DNA of 52,562 nt, from positions 1-52,562 of the forward strand of contig JALEPQ010000057.1 of the NCBI GenBank assembly GCA_022768685.1, written 5' to 3'. The DNA comes from Spirochaetia bacterium (GTDB lineage Bacteria; Spirochaetota; Spirochaetia; Treponematales; Treponemataceae). Made by a program: the position numbers and the translations under genes. Shown piece by piece: positions 29,623 through 39,681 of this stretch. The notes beneath the pieces were generated by a model. That model did not search any database. It had not been told where the DNA came from and saw only the letters and a list, made by a program, of their open reading frames with translations. Every line of letters starts with the position of its first letter. Within the stretch, counting starts at the first letter, position 1.

Positions 29623-30024
29623 CTACTGTATCAATCTGTATTCTATGTATTTTACTCTGCCCTCTTTAACAGCTTTTTTTATCTGCTTTTCTCTTTCACT
29701 TAATGTACTCTGCCCTGTTTTTACTTCAATAAATTGAATTTCCTCTATTTCCTCATCCGATAATCCCTTAAAGGCAATAAAATCTACTGGTTTACCAACA
29801 AAACGGGCATCTGAAGGATTACAGGGAAAATCTGGTAAAAACGGAGCCACCTGCTCAATCATCTGCCCATTAATTACAGACCGGGAACGTTTAACTGCAT
29901 CTTTTCTGATTTTTGAAAGTTTTTTTGAAAAATAAAGGTGTTGAAAAAAAATAATGAAGACTAAAACAATAGATATACCGATAAAATAAATAGTTGTTTG
30001 TGGTAAATTTCTTAAATATTCCAT
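29623..30024 (-). CDS. Holliday-junction-resolvase-like PD-(D/E)xK endonuclease with an N-terminal TM (Endonuc_Holl family)
   Basis: EQVAPFLP, RFVGKPVDFIAF and FIEVKTG pattern. Confidence 0.8.
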   Translation of the reverse strand: MEYLRNLPQTTIYFIGISIVLVFIIFFQHLYFSKKLSKIRKDAVKRSRSVINGQMIEQVAPFLPDFPCNPSDARFVGKPVDFIAFKGLSDEEIEEIQFIEVKTGQSTLSEREKQIKKAVKEGRVKYIEYRLIQ

Positions 30025-30066
30025 AAAATTAATTGTAAAGTTTTTTATAAAAAAGGTCGCTTAAAT

Positions 30067-31266
30067 ATGAAAAAATTTTCAGCTCTTTGTTTATTATTTC
30101 TAACTTTTTTACAGCTTTATGCGGAAGGTGGTGTAGTTTTTAAATACAAACAGAAAAAAGGTGACTCCTACAATCATACATCAACTATTCAGGAAGAAGC
30201 CTACTTTAACGGTATTCTGAATAACAAAACTCAAATCATAAACAGAACTACAACAACAGTCAAAAACACTCTTTCTGATGGAACCGCAACTCTATATACC
30301 CATTACATGACCACAGAAAATTATCTTCTTGCCATGTCTGGCAGAACCTTAAACTGGGGAGAAGAAGCTGACGTTACAATAAAAAGAACTCCATTAGGAA
30401 AAATGTTTGATTCTGATAATCGTTTTCTTCCAACAGTAAGAGGAGTTCCAGGTTTTATAGATAAAGAAATTAAAATCGGAGAAAGCTGGACTGCTCAGGG
30501 AATGGAAGTTCATGATTTAAGAGAATTATTCAATATGACAAACGCAATAGAAATCCCCTTTACAGCAAAATACACTTACAAAGGTGACGAAGAAATAAAC
30601 GGTGAAACATTGAACATTATTGACTGTTATTATGATTTATTAGACAGACCTTTCAGAAATCAGAATATAAACAGTACTTATGCCGGCACAACAGGATATG
30701 CGCAGCAAAAAATATACTGGAACAATGAAAAAGGTGAAATTGATCATTACACAGAAAATTTTGAAATAAAATTTAAAGATATAAGAGGAAATTCCTACAT
30801 TTTCTGCAGCACTGCGCATGGAGAAGTTTTGGAATATCATTCCGTAAATGATGATGAAACTCTTCTTGCAATTCAGGAATCGGTTAAGGATCTTGAAAAT
30901 ATCAGCGTAAAAAAAGGTGAACGAGGATTAACAATCAGTCTTGATAACATTCAATTTGAACCTGATTCTAATCGTCTTATGGAATCTGAAATCATCAAAC
31001 TTCAGAAACTTGCAGAAATTCTCAAGGATTATTCTAATGATCTGCTTGTAACAGGTCATTGTGCATTAAGAGGAACAGAAAAAGCACGACAGATTCTTTC
31101 TGAAGAACGTGCTGATACAGTTGCACAATATCTGATTCATAATAAAGTCCGTGATGAATACCACATTTTTACTCAGGGAAAAGGAGCCAGAGAACCTATT
31201 GCATCAAACGATACAGAGGAAGGAAGAAGTAAAAATCGTCGCGTTGAAATTACTTTAATGGATTAG
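30067..31266 (+). CDS. OmpA-family protein
   Basis: Signal peptide and a C-terminal OmpA domain (LSEERA...NRRVEI). Confidence 0.85.
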   Translation: MKKFSALCLLFLTFLQLYAEGGVVFKYKQKKGDSYNHTSTIQEEAYFNGILNNKTQIINRTTTTVKNTLSDGTATLYTHYMTTENYLLAMSGRTLNWGEEADVTIKRTPLGKMFDSDNRFLPTVRGVPGFIDKEIKIGESWTAQGMEVHDLRELFNMTNAIEIPFTAKYTYKGDEEINGETLNIIDCYYDLLDRPFRNQNINSTYAGTTGYAQQKIYWNNEKGEIDHYTENFEIKFKDIRGNSYIFCSTAHGEVLEYHSVNDDETLLAIQESVKDLENISVKKGERGLTISLDNIQFEPDSNRLMESEIIKLQKLAEILKDYSNDLLVTGHCALRGTEKARQILSEERADTVAQYLIHNKVRDEYHIFTQGKGAREPIASNDTEEGRSKNRRVEITLMD

Positions 31267-31414
31267 AGCCGGATTTTAAGTTTTCTTAATACCGTAAATG
31301 CACTTTATCCGGCTCTCACGATTTTTTCAAAATCGTGCAAGTTCACTTTTCAACTATAACCGGATTTTTATGTTCATTATACCGTAAAGGCACTATATCC
31401 GGCTCTCACGATTT
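31265..31414. repeat. ~90-bp tandem palindromic repeat (one full and one partial copy) between convergent genes
   Basis: CCGGAT...TACCGTAAA.GCACT.TATCCGGCTCTCACGATTT occurs at 31269 and 31360. Stems 31265-74/31307-16 and 31317-25/31329-37. Confidence 0.85.
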
Positions 31415-31424
31415 ATTTTGATAT

Positions 31425-32189
31425 CTAGAGTCTTACTGGAACACCTAATTTATTCAAATCATTTTTAATTGAGCCTATTGTATATGCCCCGGAATGAACC
31501 ATACTTGCAATCAATGCAGCATCAGCCTTCCCCTCTTTCAGTACATCTGCAAGATGGCCAGGAGTTCCTCCTCCACCAGAAGCTATGACAGGAACATCTA
31601 CATTTTCAGAAATCATCTTTGTAAGATTAATTTCATATCCACATTTTGTTCCATCAGCATCAATTGAATTTAATACAATTTCACCTGCACCAAGACTTAC
31701 AGCTTTCTTTGCCCATTCAAGGGCATCCAGATCTGTTTTTACACGTCCACCGTTAATATAAACTCTGTAGCCACTAGGTGCAGAATCATCTTTTGCAGCA
31801 TCCATTCCCAGAACAATACACTGGTTACCAAAGATTCTGGCACCTTCTGTAATCAGTTCAGGATTCTTAACGGCCTGACTATTCAGACTCACTTTCTCAG
31901 CTCCAGCTAAAATTGTAGAACGAATATCTTCAATAGAACCAATACCGCCACCTACACAAAAGGGAATAAAAACCTGTGAAGCAACTTTGGAAATTAAATC
32001 AAGAATAGGACCTCTACCTCTTGCAGAAGCCATGATATCGTAGAAAACAAGTTCATCAACACCCTGTTTATAATATTCATTTGCCATATCAACAGGATCA
32101 CCAATATCTATATTATTCAGGAACTTTACACCTTTAGTAGTTCTTCCGTCTTTTACATCAAGACAAACAATAATTCGTTTTTTAAGCAT
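31425..32189 (-). CDS. hisF: Imidazole glycerol phosphate synthase, cyclase subunit
   Basis: Motifs [23 protein letters not shown] and VIASGG. Confidence 0.97.
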   Translation of the reverse strand: MLKKRIIVCLDVKDGRTTKGVKFLNNIDIGDPVDMANEYYKQGVDELVFYDIMASARGRGPILDLISKVASQVFIPFCVGGGIGSIEDIRSTILAGAEKVSLNSQAVKNPELITEGARIFGNQCIVLGMDAAKDDSAPSGYRVYINGGRVKTDLDALEWAKKAVSLGAGEIVLNSIDADGTKCGYEINLTKMISENVDVPVIASGGGGTPGHLADVLKEGKADAALIASMVHSGAYTIGSIKNDLNKLGVPVRL

Positions 32190-32805
32190 TACAGTAATTC
32201 TCCAAAATCTTTAAGCCAGCCTCACCTGATTTTTCTGGATGAAACTGACAGGCGTATATATTTCCACATTGAATGACAGCAGGAACTTTTACACCATAAT
32301 CTGCATAAGCCTTAATTACAGATTCATTTTCAGGACAAATTACATACGAATGAACAAAGTAGAAATCAGAAGCCAAAGGAACATCTTTCAGAATAGGACA
32401 ATCACCATTTTCACGAACAATGTTATTCCAGCCCATATGAGGAACTTTAATACCATGACTCTTAATATCTGGAGATAAAGTTTGAAAATGCTGTATTTTA
32501 CCCTTTACAAGACCAAGACAGTCAGTTCCACCTTCTTCAGACCAGTCAAAAATAATCTGTGAACCAAGACAAATTCCTAAAAGGGGTTTATTTTCGGCAC
32601 ACCATTCCTTTAGAAATTTATCAAAACCAGATTCTGCCAGTTGTTTCATTGCATAAGCTGCATCACCTACCCCAGGAAAAATCAATTTTTCGCAATCTTT
32701 TAAATCCTCAGGTTTCTTTGATAAAATAAAATCAATTCCTAAAGCTTTTAATGCTCTTTCTACACTGGTAATATTCCCAGCGTTATAATCTACTATTCCA
32801 ATCAT
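32182..32805 (-). CDS. hisH: Imidazole glycerol phosphate synthase, glutaminase subunit
   Basis: Motifs PGVG, GICLG, PHMGWN and QFHPEKS. Confidence 0.97.
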   Translation of the reverse strand: MIGIVDYNAGNITSVERALKALGIDFILSKKPEDLKDCEKLIFPGVGDAAYAMKQLAESGFDKFLKEWCAENKPLLGICLGSQIIFDWSEEGGTDCLGLVKGKIQHFQTLSPDIKSHGIKVPHMGWNNIVRENGDCPILKDVPLASDFYFVHSYVICPENESVIKAYADYGVKVPAVIQCGNIYACQFHPEKSGEAGLKILENYCNA

Positions 32806-32871
32806 GGCAATAGATTAGTGAAAACTGATTTCTCTTTCAAGAGAAACATAAATATTTCCGATATAAAAGTT

Positions 32872-33090
32872 ATGAGTTTTTCACAATATTTTCATATAAT
32901 ATCAGGTGTCTTAAAAGATCCTAAAGTTATAGTTACAACAATCCTGATGATTCTTGTAATTGCTTTCGCAAAATTTGTAGCCAATTATACAAAGAAAAAA
33001 CGTGCACCTCGTCCTAAAAAAGAAAAAGCTCCAAAATCAGCACCAAAGCCTGCAGCAGAAAAAAAAGATAATGATGGAGGCGATGAATAA
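32872..33090 (+). CDS. Small hypothetical protein with one TM and a K/P/A-rich tail
   Basis: ORF composition. The ATG at 32872 is preferred over the GTG at 32818, which overlaps the hisH promoter. Confidence 0.6.
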   Translation: MSFSQYFHIISGVLKDPKVIVTTILMILVIAFAKFVANYTKKKRAPRPKKEKAPKSAPKPAAEKKDNDGGDE

Positions 33091-33092
33091 CT

Positions 33093-34655
33093 TCACTTTT
33101 CAAGAGTATTTTCCCCTGTTGCCACCAGCCGGTTTTTCCATAAACCATTATCTATTCTTACAAAGCCAGTTTCCTTCAGTTGTGCAATAATATTCTGAAC
33201 ATCTCCATGCTCCCAGATATTTTTATGAAGAATTGCTCTGGATTTTTTGTTCATGTTTTCAAAAAGTTTCATTTCAATATCCTGTTCAGTATAAAAATGA
33301 GGATGTCTCTTTATTAACCTGTATGCACTTTCCCAGTCAGAATAAGACTTCTTTTTTTCAGGTGAATTTCTGCTGTTACATAAATCACAACCACTGCAGA
33401 CAGCCTGTTCAGCCCCAAGTGCATCCAAAAGAACCTGTCGCCTGCAATCTTTAGTCTCTGCAAACTTTTTCATAGCAGCCTGTCTGGAATTGCTGTCATA
33501 TTTTCCAAAGTTTACAGAATCTTCCGGGCTCCACACAAGAATAGCCTTTGCTACACTTCCATCCCTGCCACCTCTCCCAGCTTCCTGAATGTAAGCTTCA
33601 GCTGTGGCAGAAGGTTCCAGATGAACCACAGTTTTTATATCCTTTTTATCAACCCCCATTCCATAGGCACAAGTTGCACACAGCACCCCATCCTTACTTT
33701 CATAAAACCACTTTTCAATAAAATCTTTTTCACTTTTCTCAAGCCCCGCATGATAGAATTTTGCAGTTCCTTTTCCAAAGCAGGCATTAATTTCTCTAGC
33801 CATATCTTCCGCTTTAGTCCGGGTTCCGCAAAAAACTATCATAGGATGAAGTTCATTTTTTACCAGATAAAGAATTTCTTTTTTCTTTGCGGCAGCCTTT
33901 TTCACAAAATAGTGAATGTTTTTTCTGTCACTTTCACTTCTAACTACATGAGCTTCACCATTAAAAAGAATTTGAGACACTCTGGACAAAACCTCAGGTG
34001 AAGCAGTTGCCGTAAAAGCCGTAATCACAGGCGGATTGATTTTTTCAATAACCTTCCCCAGCTGCAAATAACCTGGTCTGAAAGAATCTCCCCATTCACT
34101 GACACAATGTGCCTCATCAATAGCAATATGCTTAATTCCTACAGTTTTAAGTTCCTCCAGTAAATCCTCACAAGCAAGCACTTCGGGATTTGCCAGAATA
34201 ATTTTTGCTCCATTTTTAAGCTTTTCAAAATTAACCCTTCGTTCCTCTAAAGTTTGCCCTCCACGGAAAGTCACACTTCTTAAAGAACCTTCTTCCATTC
34301 TGCGCTGCTGGTCAGTCATCAAAGCCAAAAGTGGATAAACAATCAAAGTAGGCCCATCAAGCAACAAAGCCGGAATCTGAAAACAAAGGGATTTTCCTGC
34401 CCCCGTAGGCAACAGCACAATCTGCCGTCCTAAACAAAAAGAATCAGTATTTTCCTTGTTAAACTCCAGAACCTGTTGAGCAGTCATCTTGCAAATCATT
34501 TTGTGATACTCATAAGCTTCCAGAATATTTGAAATTACCATCTGCTGCCATGGAAACAGATACTTTATCCCAAAATTCTCATAGGCCGTCCTGCCAATCA
34601 GATTATCCGCATAAAGAATTTCAGCATCTTCATCAATTTTTAAAACTTCTTCCAT
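33093..34655 (-). CDS. recQ: RecQ-family ATP-dependent DNA helicase (short form)
   Basis: Motifs PTGAGKS, DEAHCVSEWG.SFRP, TATA, QEAGRGGRDG and a CRR..CSGCDLC zinc site. Confidence 0.9.
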   Translation of the reverse strand: MEEVLKIDEDAEILYADNLIGRTAYENFGIKYLFPWQQMVISNILEAYEYHKMICKMTAQQVLEFNKENTDSFCLGRQIVLLPTGAGKSLCFQIPALLLDGPTLIVYPLLALMTDQQRRMEEGSLRSVTFRGGQTLEERRVNFEKLKNGAKIILANPEVLACEDLLEELKTVGIKHIAIDEAHCVSEWGDSFRPGYLQLGKVIEKINPPVITAFTATASPEVLSRVSQILFNGEAHVVRSESDRKNIHYFVKKAAAKKKEILYLVKNELHPMIVFCGTRTKAEDMAREINACFGKGTAKFYHAGLEKSEKDFIEKWFYESKDGVLCATCAYGMGVDKKDIKTVVHLEPSATAEAYIQEAGRGGRDGSVAKAILVWSPEDSVNFGKYDSNSRQAAMKKFAETKDCRRQVLLDALGAEQAVCSGCDLCNSRNSPEKKKSYSDWESAYRLIKRHPHFYTEQDIEMKLFENMNKKSRAILHKNIWEHGDVQNIIAQLKETGFVRIDNGLWKNRLVATGENTLEK

Positions 34656-34749
34656 GTATAGAATTTAGCCGCGATTGTATCATTTTTACAAAAATTTGAG
34701 AAAAAAAATAAAAAAAAGTGATTTTTTTTAGGCCAGACAACTCACCAAG

Positions 34750-34832
34750 TCGCATTTCGCAGTTCACTAACGTTCAGCCTCCGCAGTTCTTTCAGAACTT
34801 TACGGTGGCCGCTTACGCGCTGCTCAATTCTC
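34750..34832. repeat. Structured intergenic element, family TCGCATTTC...TCAATTCTC (copy 2)
   Basis: Same ends and covarying stems as 22893-22993. Confidence 0.7.
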
Positions 34833-34876
34833 CAGCCAGATAAAATTACAAAGAAAAATAAATTCAGAATACCAGA

Positions 34877-35281
34877 TTAATTATCAGGCATGTATCTTGC
34901 TCTGCTAGTATCAGTTTCAAAAACATCTACAGCATACAAATAAGGTTTTTCAGAATCAGCTTTATAAGACAAATCTTCACCAATAGCCTTTAATGCATCT
35001 ATTATTCCGTCATAAATATACATGGCAATTTTTTCTGCACTAGGATTCTGATTAAAATAGTCAAAATCATTTAAGTTTGTATGATCCAGCTGTTTACATA
35101 CAGAACGTAAAGCAGTCTTTAATTTTGTAAAATCCAGCAGCATTCCGCCTTCATTTAATTCAGGACCTTTTACATGAGCATATATTCTATAATTGTGACC
35201 ATGAAGATTTTCACATTTACCATTATAATCTTTTAAAAAATGAGCTGCTGCAAAATCAGCTTCCACACGAACTTCAAACAT
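34877..35281 (-). CDS. queD: 6-carboxy-5,6,7,8-tetrahydropterin synthase (QueD/PTPS)
   Basis: Motifs FAAAH, CENLHGHNY, LDH..LN and PSAE. The start is 35281 or 35287. Confidence 0.9.
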   Translation of the reverse strand: MFEVRVEADFAAAHFLKDYNGKCENLHGHNYRIYAHVKGPELNEGGMLLDFTKLKTALRSVCKQLDHTNLNDFDYFNQNPSAEKIAMYIYDGIIDALKAIGEDLSYKADSEKPYLYAVDVFETDTSRARYMPDN

Positions 35282-35332
35282 AAGCATTATTATAATGACT
35301 AAATCAAAATTAGGCGATATATTTACTATATT

Positions 35333-37039
35333 ATGAAAAAAATACTTTCTCAGCTTCTACCAGCTTTTGAAAACAATGTTGTTGCGGTAGATGGATCATT
35401 AATCAAGGATTTATCTGAAATTCAGAATATTCCTGTTACAAACCTGGTTTTTGACAGCCGTCAGGTAGAAAAAGATTCTTTATTCTTTGCTCTGCCAGGC
35501 ACACATACAGATGGCAATCGTTTTATTGCCCAGGCAATACTTTCCGGTGCAAATGCAATTATCTTTCAAGGAATTTTAACAAAAGACCAGCAGAATGAAG
35601 TTGCAAAGGCCATTATTTCCAGAACAATGGACAATATGCTCGGTGATGAATCTTTTAAATATGCACCAGTATTAATCAACGTTCCTGATGCCCGTTTTTC
35701 CATGGCTCCAGTTTCAGCCCGTTTTTATGACAATCCTTCAGAAAGATTAGTTGTAATCGGAGTTACAGGAACAGAAGGAAAATCTTCCACAGTAAGTTTT
35801 ATCTGGCAGTTATTAAGAGCCTGCGGAAAAAAAGCAGGATTTATTTCCACAGTTGAATATTCTATGGGTGGGGATGCACTTCCAAATCCTCAGCATCAGA
35901 CAACACCAGAAGCACCTGTCATTCAACATCATTTAAACGAAATGCTTGAAAATGGCTGTGAATATGCTGTTGTAGAAACATCATCTCACGGGCTTTCCAC
36001 AAAACTTAACCGCTGCGGTAACATTATTTTTGACTGCGGTGTCTTTATGAACGTTACTCTGGAACATCTGGAATTTCATAAGAATTTTGAAACTTACAGA
36101 AGTGACAAAGCAAATCTTTTCAGAGCATTAGATAAACATAATCACGTAAAAACAATAGCCGGAATTTCAAGAAAAATTAATTCCATTGGAATAGTAAACC
36201 TTGAAGATAAGTCTGCAGAATTTTTTGCAAACTGTACAAAACAGCCGGTATTTGGATTCACATCACTAGGAAAAGCCGGAAAAACAGCAACCAGCACAGA
36301 AAATGAAGATACAGAACTTCCAGCCATTCCTCAGTGTATCAAATACATGACAGCCCTTAATATCAATTCTACATCTACATCACTTACATTTGATATTCTT
36401 ACACCAGAAAATGAAACAATTTCCGTTTCTTCTTCTCTACCAGGAGCATTCAACGCATATAATCTTATGGCTTCAGTTTTTGCAGTAAGTTCCGTAACAG
36501 AGCTTTCTTACAGTGAAGTTGCCTCAAAAATTCCTGAATTAGTTCCAATTAAAGGAAGAATGACAGAAATTACTGAAGGACAGCCTTTTGAAGTTATAGT
36601 AGACTATGCACATACACCATCTTCTTTTGAAACAATCTTCCCTCCAATCAGAAAACGCTGCAAAGGAAAGATGATCTGTCTTTTTGGAAGCGGTGGAGAA
36701 CGAGACCTTACAAAACGCCCATTACAAGGTGAAATTGCAGCTAAATATTGCGACATAATCATTCTGGCAGATGAAGATCCTCGTAACGAAGATCCTGTTG
36801 AACTGTTAAAAATGATAGCAGCAGGAGCTGAAAAAGGCGGAAAGATAATGAATCAAAATCTATTCATTATCCATGAACGTCAGAAGGCTATCCGCGAAGC
36901 ATTTAAAATGGCACAGTCAGATGACATTGTACTTCTTCTTGGAAAATCTCATGAAAACAGCATCATCTACAAAGATTTTGTAATGCCTTACGATGAAATT
37001 TCAGAAGCAAAAACTGCAATTGCAGAAATGAAAAATTAA
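35333..37039 (+). CDS. murE: UDP-MurNAc-tripeptide synthetase MurE
   Basis: Motifs GVTGTEGKS, TTPE, ETSSHG, DYAHTP and GGERD. The specificity loop is EDPR rather than the m-DAP-type DNPR. Confidence 0.95.
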   Translation: MKKILSQLLPAFENNVVAVDGSLIKDLSEIQNIPVTNLVFDSRQVEKDSLFFALPGTHTDGNRFIAQAILSGANAIIFQGILTKDQQNEVAKAIISRTMDNMLGDESFKYAPVLINVPDARFSMAPVSARFYDNPSERLVVIGVTGTEGKSSTVSFIWQLLRACGKKAGFISTVEYSMGGDALPNPQHQTTPEAPVIQHHLNEMLENGCEYAVVETSSHGLSTKLNRCGNIIFDCGVFMNVTLEHLEFHKNFETYRSDKANLFRALDKHNHVKTIAGISRKINSIGIVNLEDKSAEFFANCTKQPVFGFTSLGKAGKTATSTENEDTELPAIPQCIKYMTALNINSTSTSLTFDILTPENETISVSSSLPGAFNAYNLMASVFAVSSVTELSYSEVASKIPELVPIKGRMTEITEGQPFEVIVDYAHTPSSFETIFPPIRKRCKGKMICLFGSGGERDLTKRPLQGEIAAKYCDIIILADEDPRNEDPVELLKMIAAGAEKGGKIMNQNLFIIHERQKAIREAFKMAQSDDIVLLLGKSHENSIIYKDFVMPYDEISEAKTAIAEMKN

Positions 37040-37060
37040 AATTATTTACGAGGATATAAA

Positions 37061-38188
37061 ATGAATATTGCATTAATTTATGGCGGACGTTCTGGAGAAC
37101 ATGAAATCAGTTTAATTTCAGCTTCTTCAATTTTAAGAGGAATGTCTAAAGACGATAAAATCGTTTTAATCGGTATTGATAAAGACGGTAAGTGGTACCT
37201 TCAGGATGATTCTGAAAAAGAACGTGTCTGCAGTGATAACTCTGCCACTTTGTCAATAAAAGCAAACACATCAAAAATGGTAACAGTAATTCCTGGAGCT
37301 GCAAAAGATTCTCTTGCTGTAAACGGGAAATCCCTGGAAATTGATGTTGTTTTTCCAGCTTTACACGGCACTTATGGAGAAGATGGCCGCATTCAGGGAC
37401 TTCTTGATATGGCAGATATTCCTTATGTGGGCTGTACAACAATGGCTTCTGCAGTAACAATGGATAAAGAAAAAACAAAAATGATCTGGCAGAGTGTAGG
37501 ACTTCCTGTTGTTCCTTATGTCTGCATAAAAAAATCAACACTCTTGAATTCTGTTGTCTTCGATGAAGTTGTAAAAGCAACAATCGAAGAATTAGGTCTG
37601 CCATTATTTGTAAAACCTTGTTGTGCAGGTTCTTCAAACGGCGCTTCAAAAGCAAATAACCAGAAAGAATTAAACTATGCACTTATGCAGGCTTTCCAAT
37701 GGGATGATAAAGTTCTTATTGAAAAAGCAATAAATGCCCGTGAAATTGAATGTTCAGTTACAGGAAACTCAGTTACATTCCCTTCAGACAGCGAAACAGA
37801 AGAAGTTGTTGCCTATATTCCAGGAGAAATTGTACCAAATCACACTTTCTATGATTTTGACGCAAAGTACAACGATCCAAATGGAGCTGCATTACAGATT
37901 CCTGCAAATCTTTCAGAAAATGATCTGGAAAAAATAAGAAAAACAGCTTGTGCAGCTTATAAATCATTAGATGCAACAGGACTTTCCAGAGTAGATTTCT
38001 TCATTGATAAAGATTCTGGAGCAGTATACTTGAATGAAATAAACACACTTCCAGGTTTTACTTCAATCAGTATGTTCCCAAAAATGTGTGAAGCAGCAGG
38101 TCTCCAGTTCCCAGAGCTAATAAAACTTCTACTGGATGAAGCAGTTCAACTTTATAATGCAAAAAAATCATTGATAACATCTCGATAA
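37061..38188 (+). CDS. ddl: D-alanine-D-alanine ligase
   Basis: Motifs GGRSGEHEIS, LHGTYGEDG, FVKP..GSS and NEINTLPG. Confidence 0.96.
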   Translation: MNIALIYGGRSGEHEISLISASSILRGMSKDDKIVLIGIDKDGKWYLQDDSEKERVCSDNSATLSIKANTSKMVTVIPGAAKDSLAVNGKSLEIDVVFPALHGTYGEDGRIQGLLDMADIPYVGCTTMASAVTMDKEKTKMIWQSVGLPVVPYVCIKKSTLLNSVVFDEVVKATIEELGLPLFVKPCCAGSSNGASKANNQKELNYALMQAFQWDDKVLIEKAINAREIECSVTGNSVTFPSDSETEEVVAYIPGEIVPNHTFYDFDAKYNDPNGAALQIPANLSENDLEKIRKTACAAYKSLDATGLSRVDFFIDKDSGAVYLNEINTLPGFTSISMFPKMCEAAGLQFPELIKLLLDEAVQLYNAKKSLITSR

Positions 38189-38238
38189 AGTGTTAAAATT
38201 ATTTACTTTATAAATTTTCTTCTAAGGATTAAAAAAAG

Positions 38239-39681
38239 ATGAAAAAACATACTTATACTTTTGGATCAATAATCATTCTTATTATTGTAATTTTCGCATT
38301 TATTATTCTTACACCTACAGGATTTTTAAGTGGTGGAAAAAATGACGGAAGACTTCCTGAATTTGGTAGTTACAACGGAAAATCAATCCGTTATGAACAA
38401 GAATCTGTTATGGCAAAAGAAGTATCTTACAATGCACAGATGCTCCAGAGCCGTGGAGTAGAACTTAATGATCAGTCCTACTATTACATTTTCAACGGTG
38501 CATTCCAGCAGGCAGTTCTTGCAACAGCTTATCAGGATGAAGTTGAAAACTCAGGTTATACTGTTCCTGTATCAGCTGTAAACCGCATAATGATGAATTC
38601 CTTTATGGAAAATGGTGTATATTCACCTAAACTTTACAAACAGGCTGATGAAAATGATAAACGTGATTTAAGAAACTCAATTGAAGAAGTTTTAACAACA
38701 ACCCGCTTTATTGATGATGTTTTTGGTTCAAATACAGATTTATTTGGAACAACAGCTTTGTATGGTGTTAAAGAATCAGATGCTGAATTAGATTTTCTTG
38801 CTTCATTCAATGAAGAAAAACGCGGATTTAATATGGCAGCATTTGCTTTTGACAGTTACCCTGAAGAAATGAAACTTGCATACGGAAAAGCTAACCCATC
38901 TAAATTTGTAAAATATGATTTATCTGCAATTACACTTGAAGACAAATCAACAGCTAAAACAGTTGCAAACAGACTTGCAAACAGTGAGATTTCATTTGAA
39001 GATGCTGTTACAGAATACGGACAGCGTGTTTATGTAAATTCTGAAGGAAACTTGCTTTACAAATTCCAGTATCAGATTGAAAACATCCTTACAAATAAAG
39101 ATGACATTACAAAACTTTCAGCTTTAGGTATGGGTGATGTTTCTGATATAATTCAAACAGGAACTGGTTTTACCCTCTTTATGGCAAATACAACTGCTAA
39201 AGAAGCTGACTTTACAGATTCAGATACTATTAAACAGGTTTCTACATATATATCTACTTTTGAACAGGAAATGACAGAAACATACTTCACAGAAAGAGCA
39301 AAAGCATTCAAAGCAGCAGCTGCTAATAATTTCGATGCTGCATGTAAAGAATTTGGTGTTGAATCCAAAACTATAAGTCCATTCCCATTGAATTATGGAA
39401 ATACATCAGTAGCATCAAAATTTGAGTCATCAGAAAGTGCTCTTTACGGAGCAGATACAAATGAAACTTTCTTAAAAACTGCTTTCAGCCTGAATATGAA
39501 CGAAGTTTCTGAACCAATCGTTATGAACAACAATGTTGTTGTATTACAGTACACAACAAAAGCTGATTCTGCAGAATCTGAACCACATGTTGACGATGTA
39601 GACAAATATGCTATAAGTTCATATTTCCTTAACAATAAAAAATTAAAGAACAATTTCGATCAGGCTTTCTCTAAACTTTAA
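38239..39681 (+). CDS. Membrane-anchored SurA/PpiD-like periplasmic chaperone (degenerate PPIase)
   Basis: N-terminal TM and parvulin-like remnants (SFEDAV, GDVSDIIQT, EVSEPI). Confidence 0.65.
   Translation: MKKHTYTFGSIIILIIVIFAFIILTPTGFLSGGKNDGRLPEFGSYNGKSIRYEQESVMAKEVSYNAQMLQSRGVELNDQSYYYIFNGAFQQAVLATAYQDEVENSGYTVPVSAVNRIMMNSFMENGVYSPKLYKQADENDKRDLRNSIEEVLTTTRFIDDVFGSNTDLFGTTALYGVKESDAELDFLASFNEEKRGFNMAAFAFDSYPEEMKLAYGKANPSKFVKYDLSAITLEDKSTAKTVANRLANSEISFEDAVTEYGQRVYVNSEGNLLYKFQYQIENILTNKDDITKLSALGMGDVSDIIQTGTGFTLFMANTTAKEADFTDSDTIKQVSTYISTFEQEMTETYFTERAKAFKAAAANNFDAACKEFGVESKTISPFPLNYGNTSVASKFESSESALYGADTNETFLKTAFSLNMNEVSEPIVMNNNVVVLQYTTKADSAESEPHVDDVDKYAISSYFLNNKKLKNNFDQAFSKL

Noticed and set aside
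37845-37875. Ddl omega loop FYDFDAKY read as a D-Ala-D-Lac (vancomycin-resistance) ligase
   Set aside because: The specificity residue follows the Lys (E. coli DdlB Y216) and is Tyr here, consistent with D-Ala-D-Ala.
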